Source: Candidatus Amesbacteria bacterium RIFCSPLOWO2_01_FULL_49_25 (GTDB lineage: Bacteria; Patescibacteriota; Microgenomatia; CAZETR01; Amesbacteraceae). From it: a stretch of DNA of 64,000 nt. Each line of letters opens with the position of its first letter. The stretch's first letter is position 1. The notes beneath the pieces are model-generated. The model was given only the letters and a program-made list of their open reading frames with translations, searched no databases and had not been told where the DNA came from. The position numbers were made by a program, and so were the translations under genes. Shown in pieces: positions 31,073 through 40,782 of this stretch. The stretch lies in assembly GCA_001773725.1 (NCBI GenBank), contig MEXP01000009.1, forward strand, positions 5,073 to 69,072. Reading direction: 5' to 3'.

Positions 31073-32649
31073 TTTTTGGTAAGAATATAGTAGAGAGGTA
31101 AGCCGGTGGGTGAAGTAATAATTTGGTCGACAGTTACTCCCCCAATGGTGCCAGTGCCAATTTCATCACGAACGCTGGCTAAATATGCTTCCCCGGGCTG
31201 AAGCAACTGAGAAAAGCCAGTTTCGGCTACACGATTTTTGAGGGTTCCAAAGTAATATTTGCCAATATTGTAGCCATCGAAGGCCGAGGTGGGATTTGAG
31301 TCTCTGAGAGGATATTCACTTTGGAACAGGGCCGGATCGTAGGCGAACCAGAAAAGAAAGCGGGATAAGGTAAATTCGTAAGTGTTATTGAGATAAACCC
31401 GTGAAAAATTGGAATCCTGGGACTTGAGATAAGTGAGGGCAGTTTTGAAGCCGGGTTGCCAGAATCGCCAAGCGTCGTGGGTCCACTCGATATAGTAACG
31501 GTATAAGTAAAAGCTGAAATTGAAAACGGCAAAGGCGCCCAATGCAAAAAAGAGCAGTTTTTTGGGTCGCAGATAGTTCAGGCCGGCGGCAGAGAGGAGG
31601 ATGAGGGGGGGGAGCATAACGATAAGCCGGCCGGCGTGATTACCGCCATCCTTGGTCATGGCCGAAGCAATTGGAGCAATTAATAGCCATCCCAAAATTA
31701 GTTTGTTTCTGAAAAAGAATAGGCCGAGAGCGACAGTGGCAACTTCAAAAAAATAAAGCATGCCCATGCCGCCGACAGCGTGGCGTAAGATGGGGTCACC
31801 TGAGAAAAACAGAAATTCCGTGGAAAAAGAACGGAGATAATTATTGAGGATTTCCTGGGGATAATAAATCAGGCGGTTACGAAAGACGGGGGTAAGCGGA
31901 GAGGAACTTTCTACCCGACGGCGAATGATATCTTCGCGCAGCGTAGAGTCGGAAAAGACGGAGATTTGAGAGAAGCGCCGGGAGGTAATTTGCTGGGATA
32001 AGCCGTAGATATAGGGTGTAAGTAAAACCAGACCAAAAATAATAGGCACGATGAGTTTGCCGGTTAAGGTTCGGAGAGAGATTAACAAAATCAAGATCAG
32101 GAGGGGGACGAAAACTGCCGCCACGGAATAAGCGTAAAAGGAAAGAGCAAGAAACAGGGCGGCCAGAGTATAACGACGACGCAAGAAAAGAGAAACTCCT
32201 AAAACTGAGAGAAGCATGACGGCCAAGTTATCGTTTGACCAGCGGGAAAACTGAATATGCCAGGGAGATATAGTTGTAAGTAACATGGCGGTGAAACCCA
32301 GGCGCTGACTTACAATCTGACTGCCTAAGACGAAAATAGCCAGGATGGAGAAAAGAGAAAGAATAACCATGGGTAAACGAACGGTCCACTCAGTGAGTCC
32401 AAAAACAGCCACGAAGGGAATTGTCAGATAGTGAAGAAGGGGAAGGCGATATTCGGAAAAGGATTGGAGAAATATGGGGAGAGGATGGCCAAGATAATCT
32501 TTGCCGGTTCTGAGGAGAGAATGGGCTTGGATGCCGACGTCAATTTCGTCACCCGTGAGCTCAACTGGCAGGTTATCCAGCTGATAGACACGAATCACTA
32601 CTGAAAATAACAAAATGAGACAGAAGAGAACCCACGAAAGGCGGGACAT
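31069..32649 (-). CDS. ArnT/PMT-like GT-C glycosyltransferase (family B)
   Basis: LTGDEIDVGIQAHSLLRTGKDY, FSEYRLP and SPWHIQFSR motifs. Confidence 0.82.
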   Translation of the reverse strand: MSRLSWVLFCLILLFSVVIRVYQLDNLPVELTGDEIDVGIQAHSLLRTGKDYLGHPLPIFLQSFSEYRLPLLHYLTIPFVAVFGLTEWTVRLPMVILSLFSILAIFVLGSQIVSQRLGFTAMLLTTISPWHIQFSRWSNDNLAVMLLSVLGVSLFLRRRYTLAALFLALSFYAYSVAAVFVPLLILILLISLRTLTGKLIVPIIFGLVLLTPYIYGLSQQITSRRFSQISVFSDSTLREDIIRRRVESSSPLTPVFRNRLIYYPQEILNNYLRSFSTEFLFFSGDPILRHAVGGMGMLYFFEVATVALGLFFFRNKLILGWLLIAPIASAMTKDGGNHAGRLIVMLPPLILLSAAGLNYLRPKKLLFFALGAFAVFNFSFYLYRYYIEWTHDAWRFWQPGFKTALTYLKSQDSNFSRVYLNNTYEFTLSRFLFWFAYDPALFQSEYPLRDSNPTSAFDGYNIGKYYFGTLKNRVAETGFSQLLQPGEAYLASVRDEIGTGTIGGVTVDQIITSPTGLPLYYILTKK

Positions 32650-32651
32650 GG

Positions 32652-34472
32652 TTATATTCTACCTTTTGCCCATTGCTCTTGCCAAACACTAAAGGCAAAA
32701 ACCATCCAAAGAGTCCGCAGGTGGTTTTGAGACCAAGCCGCATCCACAAACACCCGAGGGAAGGCGTCTGAAATATCGCGACGATAAACGTAATCGGATA
32801 CTATGGTTTTGAGCGGACCAGAAATCCAGTCCGAAAGGGGTAGACCGAAGCCTTTTTTTGGTCGGTTACGGATGTTTTCGGGAAGTTTGCCTTTGAGTAA
32901 ATTGCGTAAAGGCAATTTGGTGCTAAAAAGGCTAGTGAAAGGAGAAGTTTGGGAAAAAGCAAAGCTGATAATTTCCCGGTCAAGATAGGGTACGCGAACT
33001 TCCAGGCCATTAAACATGGAGGCTCGATCTGACTTGAGAAGCATGGCGTCGCGCAAATACGTTTGAAAATCCAGAAGTTGAGCGGTTTTGACCTGGTCTT
33101 GGGGGTATGGAAGTGAGAAAAGCTCTTTAATTGGAGAGGTTTTAAATAACGCCTCTGGTGCAATTTGGCCTGTGGTGAAAAAAACCATCCACTGGAGTTG
33201 ACGGTGAAGTACCGGCAGACCAAGTCCAGAAAAAAAATTGGCAAGCGTGTCTCCAAATTTATAACTGGATGAAAAGAGGGGGAATTTTACAGCAGGTATA
33301 TTTTGAGCCAGATTGACCAACAAGGATTTAAAACTAGATGGAAACCAGGGCAGAAGGTTGGCAAAGCGGTGGCCCAAATATGTAGGGTAACCGGCGAATA
33401 CTTCGTCCCCCCCGTCTCCGGATAGGGCAACTTTGACATGAGAGCTGGCCAGGCGGCAGACGTGGTAGGTGGGAAACAGTGACGGATCGGCAAAAGGTTG
33501 ATCCATGAGTTTTTGGATGACGGGAAAATCGGTGAGTAGATCGGAAGCGGAATACGGCTGGTCAAAATGGCGAGTACCCAAAATCTTGGCTACTTGGGCT
33601 GCATGAGAACCTTCATTGAAGTCCTGATGAGCGAAGGAGATGGAAAAACTTTTAACTTCGTGTTTTTGCCGCGTAAGGTAATAGGCCAGGATTGAGGAAT
33701 CCAGGCCGCCGGAAAGAAGCAGACCAACGGGCACGTCGGCGATGGCTTGGCGCGAGACGACGGTATCCAACATAGAATCCAGATCTGCGGGCTCCGGGTT
33801 GGGCTGGGAAAAAAGGTCGTAATATTGATGTATTTTCAGGCCAGATTGGGAAAACGTAAGAGTGCTGCCCGGGGGAAGCTGGAAGATGTCCTGGTAAATA
33901 GTTCTAGGAGTTGGGACATAACCTAAGAAGGTGTATAAAAAAAGAGAGTCGGGATCGATTTTTGGGGTCTGAATAACAGACAAAATAGTTTTAATCTCGG
34001 AGCCGAAGATTAATTTGCTGCCTTTATGGTGATAAAACAGGGGTTTGATGCCGGCGTGATCACGGGCCAAGAGCAAGCTTTGTTTCTTCTCATCCCATAG
34101 AGCAAAAGTAAACATTCCGTTTAATTTTTGGAGAAAGTCCTTGCCCGAATCTTCATATAGGTGAACCAAGGTTTCGGTATCCGAAGTAGTTTTTAGCTTA
34201 TGACCATTTTTTATAAGCTGCTCCCGAATCAATTTGTAGTTGTAAATTTCGCCATTGAATACGACAGTTAATGAGCCGTCCTCGTTGCTGATAGGCTGAT
34301 CGCCGGTTTTTAAATCGATGATTTTCAGACGGCGGATGCCCAGACCCACGTGGTTTTTTACAAAACTGCCGCCAGAGTCCGGCCCGCGGTGAACAATTGT
34401 TTTAGCTATTTTCCCGATTTGGGAAGAAATGACTGGGGATGAAAAATCAACAATGCCAGCAATTCCACACAT
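32652..34472 (-). CDS. asnB: Asparagine synthase (glutamine-hydrolysing) family amidotransferase
   Basis: N-terminal MCGIAG (Ntn Cys), HRGPD, NGEIYN, LSGGLDS, SGDGGDE and RPKKGF motifs. Confidence 0.9.
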   Translation of the reverse strand: MCGIAGIVDFSSPVISSQIGKIAKTIVHRGPDSGGSFVKNHVGLGIRRLKIIDLKTGDQPISNEDGSLTVVFNGEIYNYKLIREQLIKNGHKLKTTSDTETLVHLYEDSGKDFLQKLNGMFTFALWDEKKQSLLLARDHAGIKPLFYHHKGSKLIFGSEIKTILSVIQTPKIDPDSLFLYTFLGYVPTPRTIYQDIFQLPPGSTLTFSQSGLKIHQYYDLFSQPNPEPADLDSMLDTVVSRQAIADVPVGLLLSGGLDSSILAYYLTRQKHEVKSFSISFAHQDFNEGSHAAQVAKILGTRHFDQPYSASDLLTDFPVIQKLMDQPFADPSLFPTYHVCRLASSHVKVALSGDGGDEVFAGYPTYLGHRFANLLPWFPSSFKSLLVNLAQNIPAVKFPLFSSSYKFGDTLANFFSGLGLPVLHRQLQWMVFFTTGQIAPEALFKTSPIKELFSLPYPQDQVKTAQLLDFQTYLRDAMLLKSDRASMFNGLEVRVPYLDREIISFAFSQTSPFTSLFSTKLPLRNLLKGKLPENIRNRPKKGFGLPLSDWISGPLKTIVSDYVYRRDISDAFPRVFVDAAWSQNHLRTLWMVFAFSVWQEQWAKGRI

Positions 34473-34474
34473 TG

Positions 34475-35416
34475 TTACAAATTCTTAATCTCTTTAATTT
34501 CGTAAATGGGCTTTTGGCGAGATTCGAAGTAAACACGAACCATGAGTTCGGACATAAGACCCAACAGAATAAATGACACACCAATAAAAACTAGAAACAT
34601 GGCAATGATAAACATGGGGTTGTTGTGAACGAAGACGCCTAGAAATAATTTACGGTAGACAACTTGGACAAAGGCGGGGACAGAGAGGGCCAGGGAAACT
34701 AGACCGCCGGTGCCAAAGATGTAGGCTGGCTTGGTAGAGTAGGAGTCCAGAAATTTGGTGGTGATAATGTCGATAATAGTTTTGACCGACCGGGAATAAC
34801 CGTATTTGGAACGGCCGTGGGTACGGGGACGGTGACTGACTTCAATTTCTTTGAAGCGGGCTCCGCGCAGAACCACGAGTAGTGAAAGAAGGCGATGGTT
34901 TTCACCATACAAACGCATGTTGGCAAAAATCTCCCGACGAACAATACGTGTCGTACAGCCTAAATCCTTAATGGTGACATGAAAAATTGAACGGATGAGC
35001 CAGTTGGCTATTTTGGAAACAGCAACACGGATCAAGTCGTCGTGGCGGTGTTTGCGCCACCCAAAGATGGCGTCGGTATTGGAATCTAACATATCTAACA
35101 TTTTGAGCAAGTCGGGGGGAGGGTTTTGACCGTCGGCATCGAGAAAAGCGATAAAGTTTCCGCGGCTGTGGTCAATGCCGGCTGAAGTTGCTGCTGTTTG
35201 GCCGTGATTGTGCCAGAAATGAATCATCTTGACGGTAATATTGGGGTGGGGTGCCTGAGGAATAGAGGGGTTATCAGTACTACCGTCGTCTATGTAAATA
35301 ATTTCGGTAGTACCTCGGATCTGGGAGAGGGTGTGAACCAATTCCGAATGCAACTGGGTTAAATTTTCTTGTTCATTGTAAAAGGGAACGATAACGGAAA
35401 GTTTGGGATTGGCCAT
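34475..35416 (-). CDS. GT2, ArnC/GtrB-like undecaprenyl-phosphate glycosyltransferase
   Basis: VPFYNE, DDGSTD, GQTAA, DADGQN and GWRKHR motifs; two C-terminal TMs. Confidence 0.88.
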   Translation of the reverse strand: MANPKLSVIVPFYNEQENLTQLHSELVHTLSQIRGTTEIIYIDDGSTDNPSIPQAPHPNITVKMIHFWHNHGQTAATSAGIDHSRGNFIAFLDADGQNPPPDLLKMLDMLDSNTDAIFGWRKHRHDDLIRVAVSKIANWLIRSIFHVTIKDLGCTTRIVRREIFANMRLYGENHRLLSLLVVLRGARFKEIEVSHRPRTHGRSKYGYSRSVKTIIDIITTKFLDSYSTKPAYIFGTGGLVSLALSVPAFVQVVYRKLFLGVFVHNNPMFIIAMFLVFIGVSFILLGLMSELMVRVYFESRQKPIYEIKEIKNL

Positions 35417-35439
35417 GACTTTTTGATATTATACCCCCA
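35417..35439. promoter_or_regulatory. Overlapping bidirectional -10 elements: TGaTATTAT (+, 35424-35432) and TATAAT (-, 35433-35428)
   Basis: Only 23 bp separate the divergent starts. Hexamers lie 7 nt (+) and 11 nt (-) from the start codons; no SD. Confidence 0.55.
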
Positions 35440-36312
35440 GTGCTATCCGTAATCATCGTCTCGTACAATACCCGGGGAGTTACACTGGAATGCTTGAGAA
35501 AAGTACTGGCCTCGAAAAATATAGATCTGGAAGTAATGGTGGTGGATAATGCGTCGAGTGACGGAACGGTGGAAGCGATAGAAAAGCAATATAAGGATAT
35601 TGGAATATTAAGAAATAAAACTAACCTAGGGTTTGCCGGGGCAAACAACCAGGGTATGAAAATAGCCAAGGGTGAAAAGTTTTTACTTTTGAATAGCGAC
35701 TGTTTTGTTGAGCCCGTAACATTGGCCAAAATTTATAAATTGGATTTAGACGTGGTGGGATGCAAACTACTCAATAAAGACGGATCGGTCCAACCATCGT
35801 GGGGATACTTTCCTACTCTGCGACGAATATTGCAATTAATGCTATTTGTTGATAATTTTCCAGTGATTCGGAAGTTTATAGATTCGATTCATGTGCGGGA
35901 TGTGTCTCGATACGAAAGCCAGTTGGAAGTGGATTGGGTGACTGGGGCGTTTGTAATGGTTAAACGTGACGTTTTTGAAAAAGTAGGTGGAATTGATGAG
36001 AAATACTTTATGTACGGAGAGGAAATGGAGTGGATGTATCGAATTAAAAGGGCCGGATTTAAGGTATGGTACTCCCCCGTTGCTACGGCAATTCATTTAC
36101 TTGGGGCTAGTTCGTCAAACCGCGCGCCTGCAGTCACGGGAGAAATGAAAGGTTGGATTTATTGGTTTTCTAAACATAATTCTGGATTTGAACAAAAAAT
36201 TTTGCCTTGGGTGATTTTGAAAGGATGTATTTTGCGAATATTTCTCAAGCCGAAGTTGTCCAGCTACTACGCTCAGGCAATTTCTGAAATTATTGGCCGG
36301 AGGACGGGATAA
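35440..36312 (+). CDS. GT2 (WbbL-like)
   Basis: IIVSYN, VDNASSD, NLGFAGANN, LLNSD, VTGA and FMYGEE motifs; GTG start. Confidence 0.9.
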   Translation: MLSVIIVSYNTRGVTLECLRKVLASKNIDLEVMVVDNASSDGTVEAIEKQYKDIGILRNKTNLGFAGANNQGMKIAKGEKFLLLNSDCFVEPVTLAKIYKLDLDVVGCKLLNKDGSVQPSWGYFPTLRRILQLMLFVDNFPVIRKFIDSIHVRDVSRYESQLEVDWVTGAFVMVKRDVFEKVGGIDEKYFMYGEEMEWMYRIKRAGFKVWYSPVATAIHLLGASSSNRAPAVTGEMKGWIYWFSKHNSGFEQKILPWVILKGCILRIFLKPKLSSYYAQAISEIIGRRTG

Positions 36313-36328
36313 ACCCGTATTATTTTTT
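36304..36328 (+). terminator. Weak hairpin followed by a T-tract between convergent genes
   Basis: acggg-ataaa-cccgt followed by attatttttt. Confidence 0.3.
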
Positions 36329-37066
36329 CCGGAAAACAAATATATGAGGGCGGAGGCCATGAATAAATAGAGGAAGATCTTTAACAAGTGTAAATTTTGA
36401 TGAAAGGGTGTGGTGAATGAGGTTGGTTTCTTGGGATAAAATAACCATTAACCCTTCAGGCTTGAGCCACTTAAGTGCGTTGTTAGCAAACGATGAATAA
36501 ACTCTCTCATTATCTACATGTTTTCCCGATCGGATGCCAAATGGTAGATTGGTAATTATTTTATCGATGCTAGTTACTCCAAGCTTTAGATCTTTAACGT
36601 CTGAGTGAATTACAATCAGCTTATCGGGACTAATATTTGCGGCGATTGCGTTTTTTCTAACGCAAGCAGTCGAGTAACTACTAATGTCTGATGCGATAGC
36701 AAGCCGTGCTTGATAATAGAGAAGTGCACTTATGGGAATTGTCCCCCCACCGCAAAAGGGATCCAAAACAGAATCGGCGGGGGTGATTTGGGCAAGCTCA
36801 CACATGACACAAGCCAGAGACGGGTTTATTCCTGCTGCGAGCATGCACACTCGCCAGTTACGCTGATAGAGTTTAATTGAGACGTGTTGATCGGTAACTG
36901 AAAGCGCAGTTTTGAGGAACTGGAAATCGGCCGGTGACCTGTCTGATTCAAAGGAGATAATGCTAACCTTGGTATGAAGCTCAACACTGGGAGAAAGCCT
37001 TGGAGAAAGTTGTTTTAATACTATTTCCTCTGTACCTTGAATTATAGTAATATCAATTTTTGACAT
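36320..37066 (-). CDS. RNA methyltransferase, UPF0020/Trm14/RlmL-like catalytic domain
   Basis: VLDPFCGGGTI, SDI and ITNLPFG motifs. Start MSKIDI at 37066. Confidence 0.78.
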   Translation of the reverse strand: MSKIDITIIQGTEEIVLKQLSPRLSPSVELHTKVSIISFESDRSPADFQFLKTALSVTDQHVSIKLYQRNWRVCMLAAGINPSLACVMCELAQITPADSVLDPFCGGGTIPISALLYYQARLAIASDISSYSTACVRKNAIAANISPDKLIVIHSDVKDLKLGVTSIDKIITNLPFGIRSGKHVDNERVYSSFANNALKWLKPEGLMVILSQETNLIHHTLSSKFTLVKDLPLFIHGLRPHIFVFRKK

Positions 37067-37934
37067 CTTGACCCAAGAATCGATGTGATGTCCAAATAAT
37101 AACTGCCAGAATGGCGGCTTTAAACCAACCGTTGTACCAAATCCCCGATTCAGTTCGATAACGTTCCATTGAAGGAGTTGTATTGGGGAGGTGCAACATT
37201 TTTCTACACGGATAGACAACTGTTTCAATGAGGTTCCGATATTTTAGATTGGATAATTTTTTAGAACTTTGACCATGTTCGTGAATGATGGTAATTTGAG
37301 GATTGTAGTAGACTTTTAATTTTGCACGCCGAATTCGGCGACAATAATCCATATCTTCAAAATACATAAAAACTTCCTCTGTAAATTTCCCCACTTTAAC
37401 GATCGTAGTTTTAGGGAAAAACATGCAGGCACCAGAGACTGAAGAGACTTCAGCAATACCAGGTGGAGAATATTTAGCTGTCAGGCCTTTTTGGCCAAGC
37501 CAGTATTCGCGAAAAGTAGTGATTATCGATGGTTCGAGAAAAACTGAGCCCTGGGGCGTGCCGTCGGGATTGATAAATTTTGGTCCCATGACGCCCAAAT
37601 CGGAATGCGAATAGACAAACTCCAAGGATCGGGTAAAGAAATCTTTGGGCAGACGGGTGTCTGGATTGAGGAGAAGTATGTAGTCTCCCCTACTCTGGCG
37701 CAATCCAATATTAACGCTTTTGGGGAAACCCAGGTTTTTGGTATTGGCAATGACATTGGTTTGGGAAAAAGATTTGGCAATTTTTAATGAGTTGTCTGTC
37801 GAAGCGTTATCGATGACAATTATTTCCAAGTTTGAATATTTGGTAGTAAATACTGAATCGAGACAGCGTTTCAATGAATCGGCTACATTCCAGCTGACTA
37901 TAATTACGGATATGAGCGGAGTGCTGTCAGGCAT
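37053..37934 (-). CDS. GT2 (WbbL-like)
   Basis: IIVSWN, DNASTD, NLGF, LLNPD, SGAC and FMYFED motifs. Confidence 0.9.
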   Translation of the reverse strand: MPDSTPLISVIIVSWNVADSLKRCLDSVFTTKYSNLEIIVIDNASTDNSLKIAKSFSQTNVIANTKNLGFPKSVNIGLRQSRGDYILLLNPDTRLPKDFFTRSLEFVYSHSDLGVMGPKFINPDGTPQGSVFLEPSIITTFREYWLGQKGLTAKYSPPGIAEVSSVSGACMFFPKTTIVKVGKFTEEVFMYFEDMDYCRRIRRAKLKVYYNPQITIIHEHGQSSKKLSNLKYRNLIETVVYPCRKMLHLPNTTPSMERYRTESGIWYNGWFKAAILAVIIWTSHRFLGQDVKN

Positions 37935-38433
37935 AAAGATTTGGCAAAACTTGGGCATATATTTTGATTTTTTCATTCAAACTCAGCGCGGCGTAACGAG
38001 GCGACGGCGAAGGAAGAGTGACGTAAACAATTGCGGGAAATTTTTCTATGATGTTTTTGAACAACAACCTGAATTTCTGTTCGACGAATCGGCTAGAGAA
38101 ATAAACCGTGTGTATGTTATGAGTTTCGAATATTTTTTGGATGGGGATAATGTTATAAACAATATTTGTCAGATTCGTATCAAGATTGTTTCCTTTAATC
38201 CTTTCGCATTGGTAGATAATGTCTGCAATAGCTAGACGGAGTTGAGTAAAAAGCTGCTGCTGCGGTTTTTTGTCGGTTAGTTTAGTTTGGTAGACAGTTT
38301 CGAGAATCGGCCAGAATTGATTTCTCTTGGTCCCATAAAACCAATTATAAATGCCCTTTCCGGTAAAACTGCCGAGAAGGAGGTATTTAGCTTGCGGGGG
38401 AATGAAAACGCCAAAGGGGTGGGTTTCTATCAT
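37927..38433 (-). CDS. Uracil-DNA glycosylase superfamily protein (MUG/hypoxanthine glycosylase-like)
   Basis: HPF, LLLGSF, FY...RNQFW and LPSPSP motifs. Confidence 0.78.
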   Translation of the reverse strand: MIETHPFGVFIPPQAKYLLLGSFTGKGIYNWFYGTKRNQFWPILETVYQTKLTDKKPQQQLFTQLRLAIADIIYQCERIKGNNLDTNLTNIVYNIIPIQKIFETHNIHTVYFSSRFVEQKFRLLFKNIIEKFPAIVYVTLPSPSPRYAALSLNEKIKIYAQVLPNLYA

Positions 38434-39206
38434 AGCCATTTGGCCAAGGCCATAAGGGTGGGAATAAAGTAACCGGGATGGCGAAAGATTTTTGATATCA
38501 GATGATAGATGTGAGATGGGTAATATTTCGAATCAAGATTTTTCCAGTGACAGAGTAAATAGTTGCGTTCTTTGATTAGCTGAAGTGATTTTCTGAGAAA
38601 TGTTTTATTGAAGGTGGATTCTGGAGCGGTGTGAGTTACTCTGGCCTTTGGTTCCCAAACAATCCCGTATCCTCTTTTCCGAGCCCGCCAGCTAATGTCG
38701 AGGTCTTCATAGTAACCAGGGGTAAATTTGGAGTCGAAGCCACCAAGTTCATCCCAAATTGACTTGCGGATGGCGCTGCTTCCACCGGAAGCCCAGAATG
38801 AAGAGTGAATTTTGTTATCCAAAGGGCCGTTGGTAAATTGTAAGAATCCGTCTTGGACTTCGGCTTTGGCCCAGGAACGATTTTGTTCATTGAAGGTGAC
38901 GGCGAAGGTTTTGGGATCTGCAAAATGAGGCAAAGTGTATTTGAGCAGGTCTTTATCCGGTTTGACATCCTGATTTAAGAGAATAACTATGTCGCCAGAG
39001 GTGGCGGAAAAGCCATCGTTAACTGATACGGGGAAACCCAGGTTTTTGGGGTGGCGGATTACTTTAGTGCCGGGTGCGCTTACTGGTTCTGAGGAGGCAT
39101 CATCAACGATAATTATTTCGTCGGCCCCCAGTTTCATGACCGCTGGCAGGTTGGCGACAAGAAACTTGGCCCCGTTGAAGGCGGGAATGACGACGGAGAT
39201 AGTCAT
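38430..39206 (-). CDS. GT2
   Basis: VIPAFNG, DDAS, NLGF, LNQD and YYEDLD motifs. Confidence 0.9.
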   Translation of the reverse strand: MTISVVIPAFNGAKFLVANLPAVMKLGADEIIIVDDASSEPVSAPGTKVIRHPKNLGFPVSVNDGFSATSGDIVILLNQDVKPDKDLLKYTLPHFADPKTFAVTFNEQNRSWAKAEVQDGFLQFTNGPLDNKIHSSFWASGGSSAIRKSIWDELGGFDSKFTPGYYEDLDISWRARKRGYGIVWEPKARVTHTAPESTFNKTFLRKSLQLIKERNYLLCHWKNLDSKYYPSHIYHLISKIFRHPGYFIPTLMALAKWL

Positions 39207-39218
39207 GATGCCATTTTA
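39207..39218 (-). promoter_or_regulatory. Putative -10 element TAAAAT 6 nt upstream of ATG 39206
   Basis: cgTAAAATggcatcATG on the minus strand, in the longest intergenic gap of the window. Confidence 0.4.
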
Positions 39219-39285
39219 CGAGCTTTGACCAAAAGAAACATCCCCAGCAAAAACCGGTGGGTATCAATCAGAATTACCTGTTTAT

Positions 39286-40782
39286 TTATGACCTGCGGGT
39301 GCGGTTCTGGATGGTAATCTCCCCAAACTGCTGTTGATGGTTGAATGTGGAGAAGTACTTTTCTTTGTCTAATATCTTGTCGACTAAGTCAACCGGGATT
39401 CCCTGGGACGGCTCGATGATGACAAAGACTAGAGGTATGGACGGCGAGAAAGAAAGATTATTTCCCAATTGGCCAATCTGGTTCTCTCCATGCCAGTAAG
39501 GTAAATAGCCGTATTTGGTTTTACCGTACCAGTTGAATAGATACGACCAGGTGGTGTTGATATAAAGCGGGGAGGTGACGGAATTGAAAGTAAACGGCCT
39601 TCCCTGGGCCTGACTGTACATATAATCGATGGCATCAAGTTCATGGTGCAAGGTCATGGTCTTTTGAATGGCAAATTCGGTCAGGCCTTGAGAATTTTTT
39701 TGTTTGATATAAGACAGGTTGGACAAGACTATAAAAACAATGATTGTGGCTTTTACCCACGAAGATTTGAGCCGAGACAGAAAATAAACCGTAAAAAGGA
39801 TGACTAACATGCCAAGTCCAGTGTGAATATATGGGGTGCTGATTCCGCCAAATATGAGAGGCGGGGCAAATGAAATTAAACCCAAAGAAAATGTGGCCCA
39901 CCAAGACGGATGGGGCTTAACAAAGACAAAAGCTATCACGAAGCCAAGTACAGCGAGTGTGGGTTGAGTGGGGAAAGTATTGAGACTTATCAGACGTTTA
40001 AATTGGTAAAGGGAGGTGTTTATAAGAGTAAGAGGATTAACTTTGAGTTGTGAATAAGTTGTACGGTTAAATAATAAATTCGCAGGGCCGGAGCGACTGG
40101 GAAAACCGAATTTTATTTCCGAAATTAACATAGTTGATATTGAGAGAGTAAAAAATGATAGTAAAAGTAAGAGTTTTTTTGAGGTAATAGACAATTTTTT
40201 GAGTAAGATCAAAATTAATATGACAGCTGAGTGATAGATAAAAATAAAATTGGATTGGAAGCTCAGGCCCAGTCCAAGACCGGCAAGAATCGGGCCGATG
40301 GTTGAGCGGCGTTGCCATTGCCAAAGACCGTAATATAAAAGAGGCACGAAGAGGATGGCTAAAGCGGTGTTGGTCAGATAGATAGCGTGCTGGGTTTGTT
40401 CGTAAGAGACGGCCGTTAAAAGTGAAGCCAAGGTTGCTAATGACTTGGATTGGAAAAGCCGAAGGCCGATAAAATATGCCAGAAAGATGGCGAGTGAGTT
40501 AATAAAAGACAGCCAGCCGGCTGCTACTGCCGGACTTCCCCGTCCCAACCAATAACCCGGGGCAATAACATAGTAATAGAGAACGCCGTGAAAAAAGTCC
40601 CGAGTGGAAGTAGGTGGTCCCTGAATTTTTATGTCCCCGTGAAGAAGCTCTTGAATGGTATAAGCGTCACGTGCCTGGTCGTAACTGAACATTAAATCTC
40701 CCCCGGGTAGGTAGCGGATCCGGATCAAAAACCCCAGGAAAAAAATAGTTAATACTAACCAATATCGCTTAAGAAAGCTCAT
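39286..40782 (-). CDS. ArnT-like GT-C glycosyltransferase (family E)
   Basis: FSYDQARDA and GPPTS..FFHGVLYYY motifs; polytopic. Confidence 0.75.
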   Translation of the reverse strand: MSFLKRYWLVLTIFFLGFLIRIRYLPGGDLMFSYDQARDAYTIQELLHGDIKIQGPPTSTRDFFHGVLYYYVIAPGYWLGRGSPAVAAGWLSFINSLAIFLAYFIGLRLFQSKSLATLASLLTAVSYEQTQHAIYLTNTALAILFVPLLYYGLWQWQRRSTIGPILAGLGLGLSFQSNFIFIYHSAVILILILLKKLSITSKKLLLLLSFFTLSISTMLISEIKFGFPSRSGPANLLFNRTTYSQLKVNPLTLINTSLYQFKRLISLNTFPTQPTLAVLGFVIAFVFVKPHPSWWATFSLGLISFAPPLIFGGISTPYIHTGLGMLVILFTVYFLSRLKSSWVKATIIVFIVLSNLSYIKQKNSQGLTEFAIQKTMTLHHELDAIDYMYSQAQGRPFTFNSVTSPLYINTTWSYLFNWYGKTKYGYLPYWHGENQIGQLGNNLSFSPSIPLVFVIIEPSQGIPVDLVDKILDKEKYFSTFNHQQQFGEITIQNRTRRS

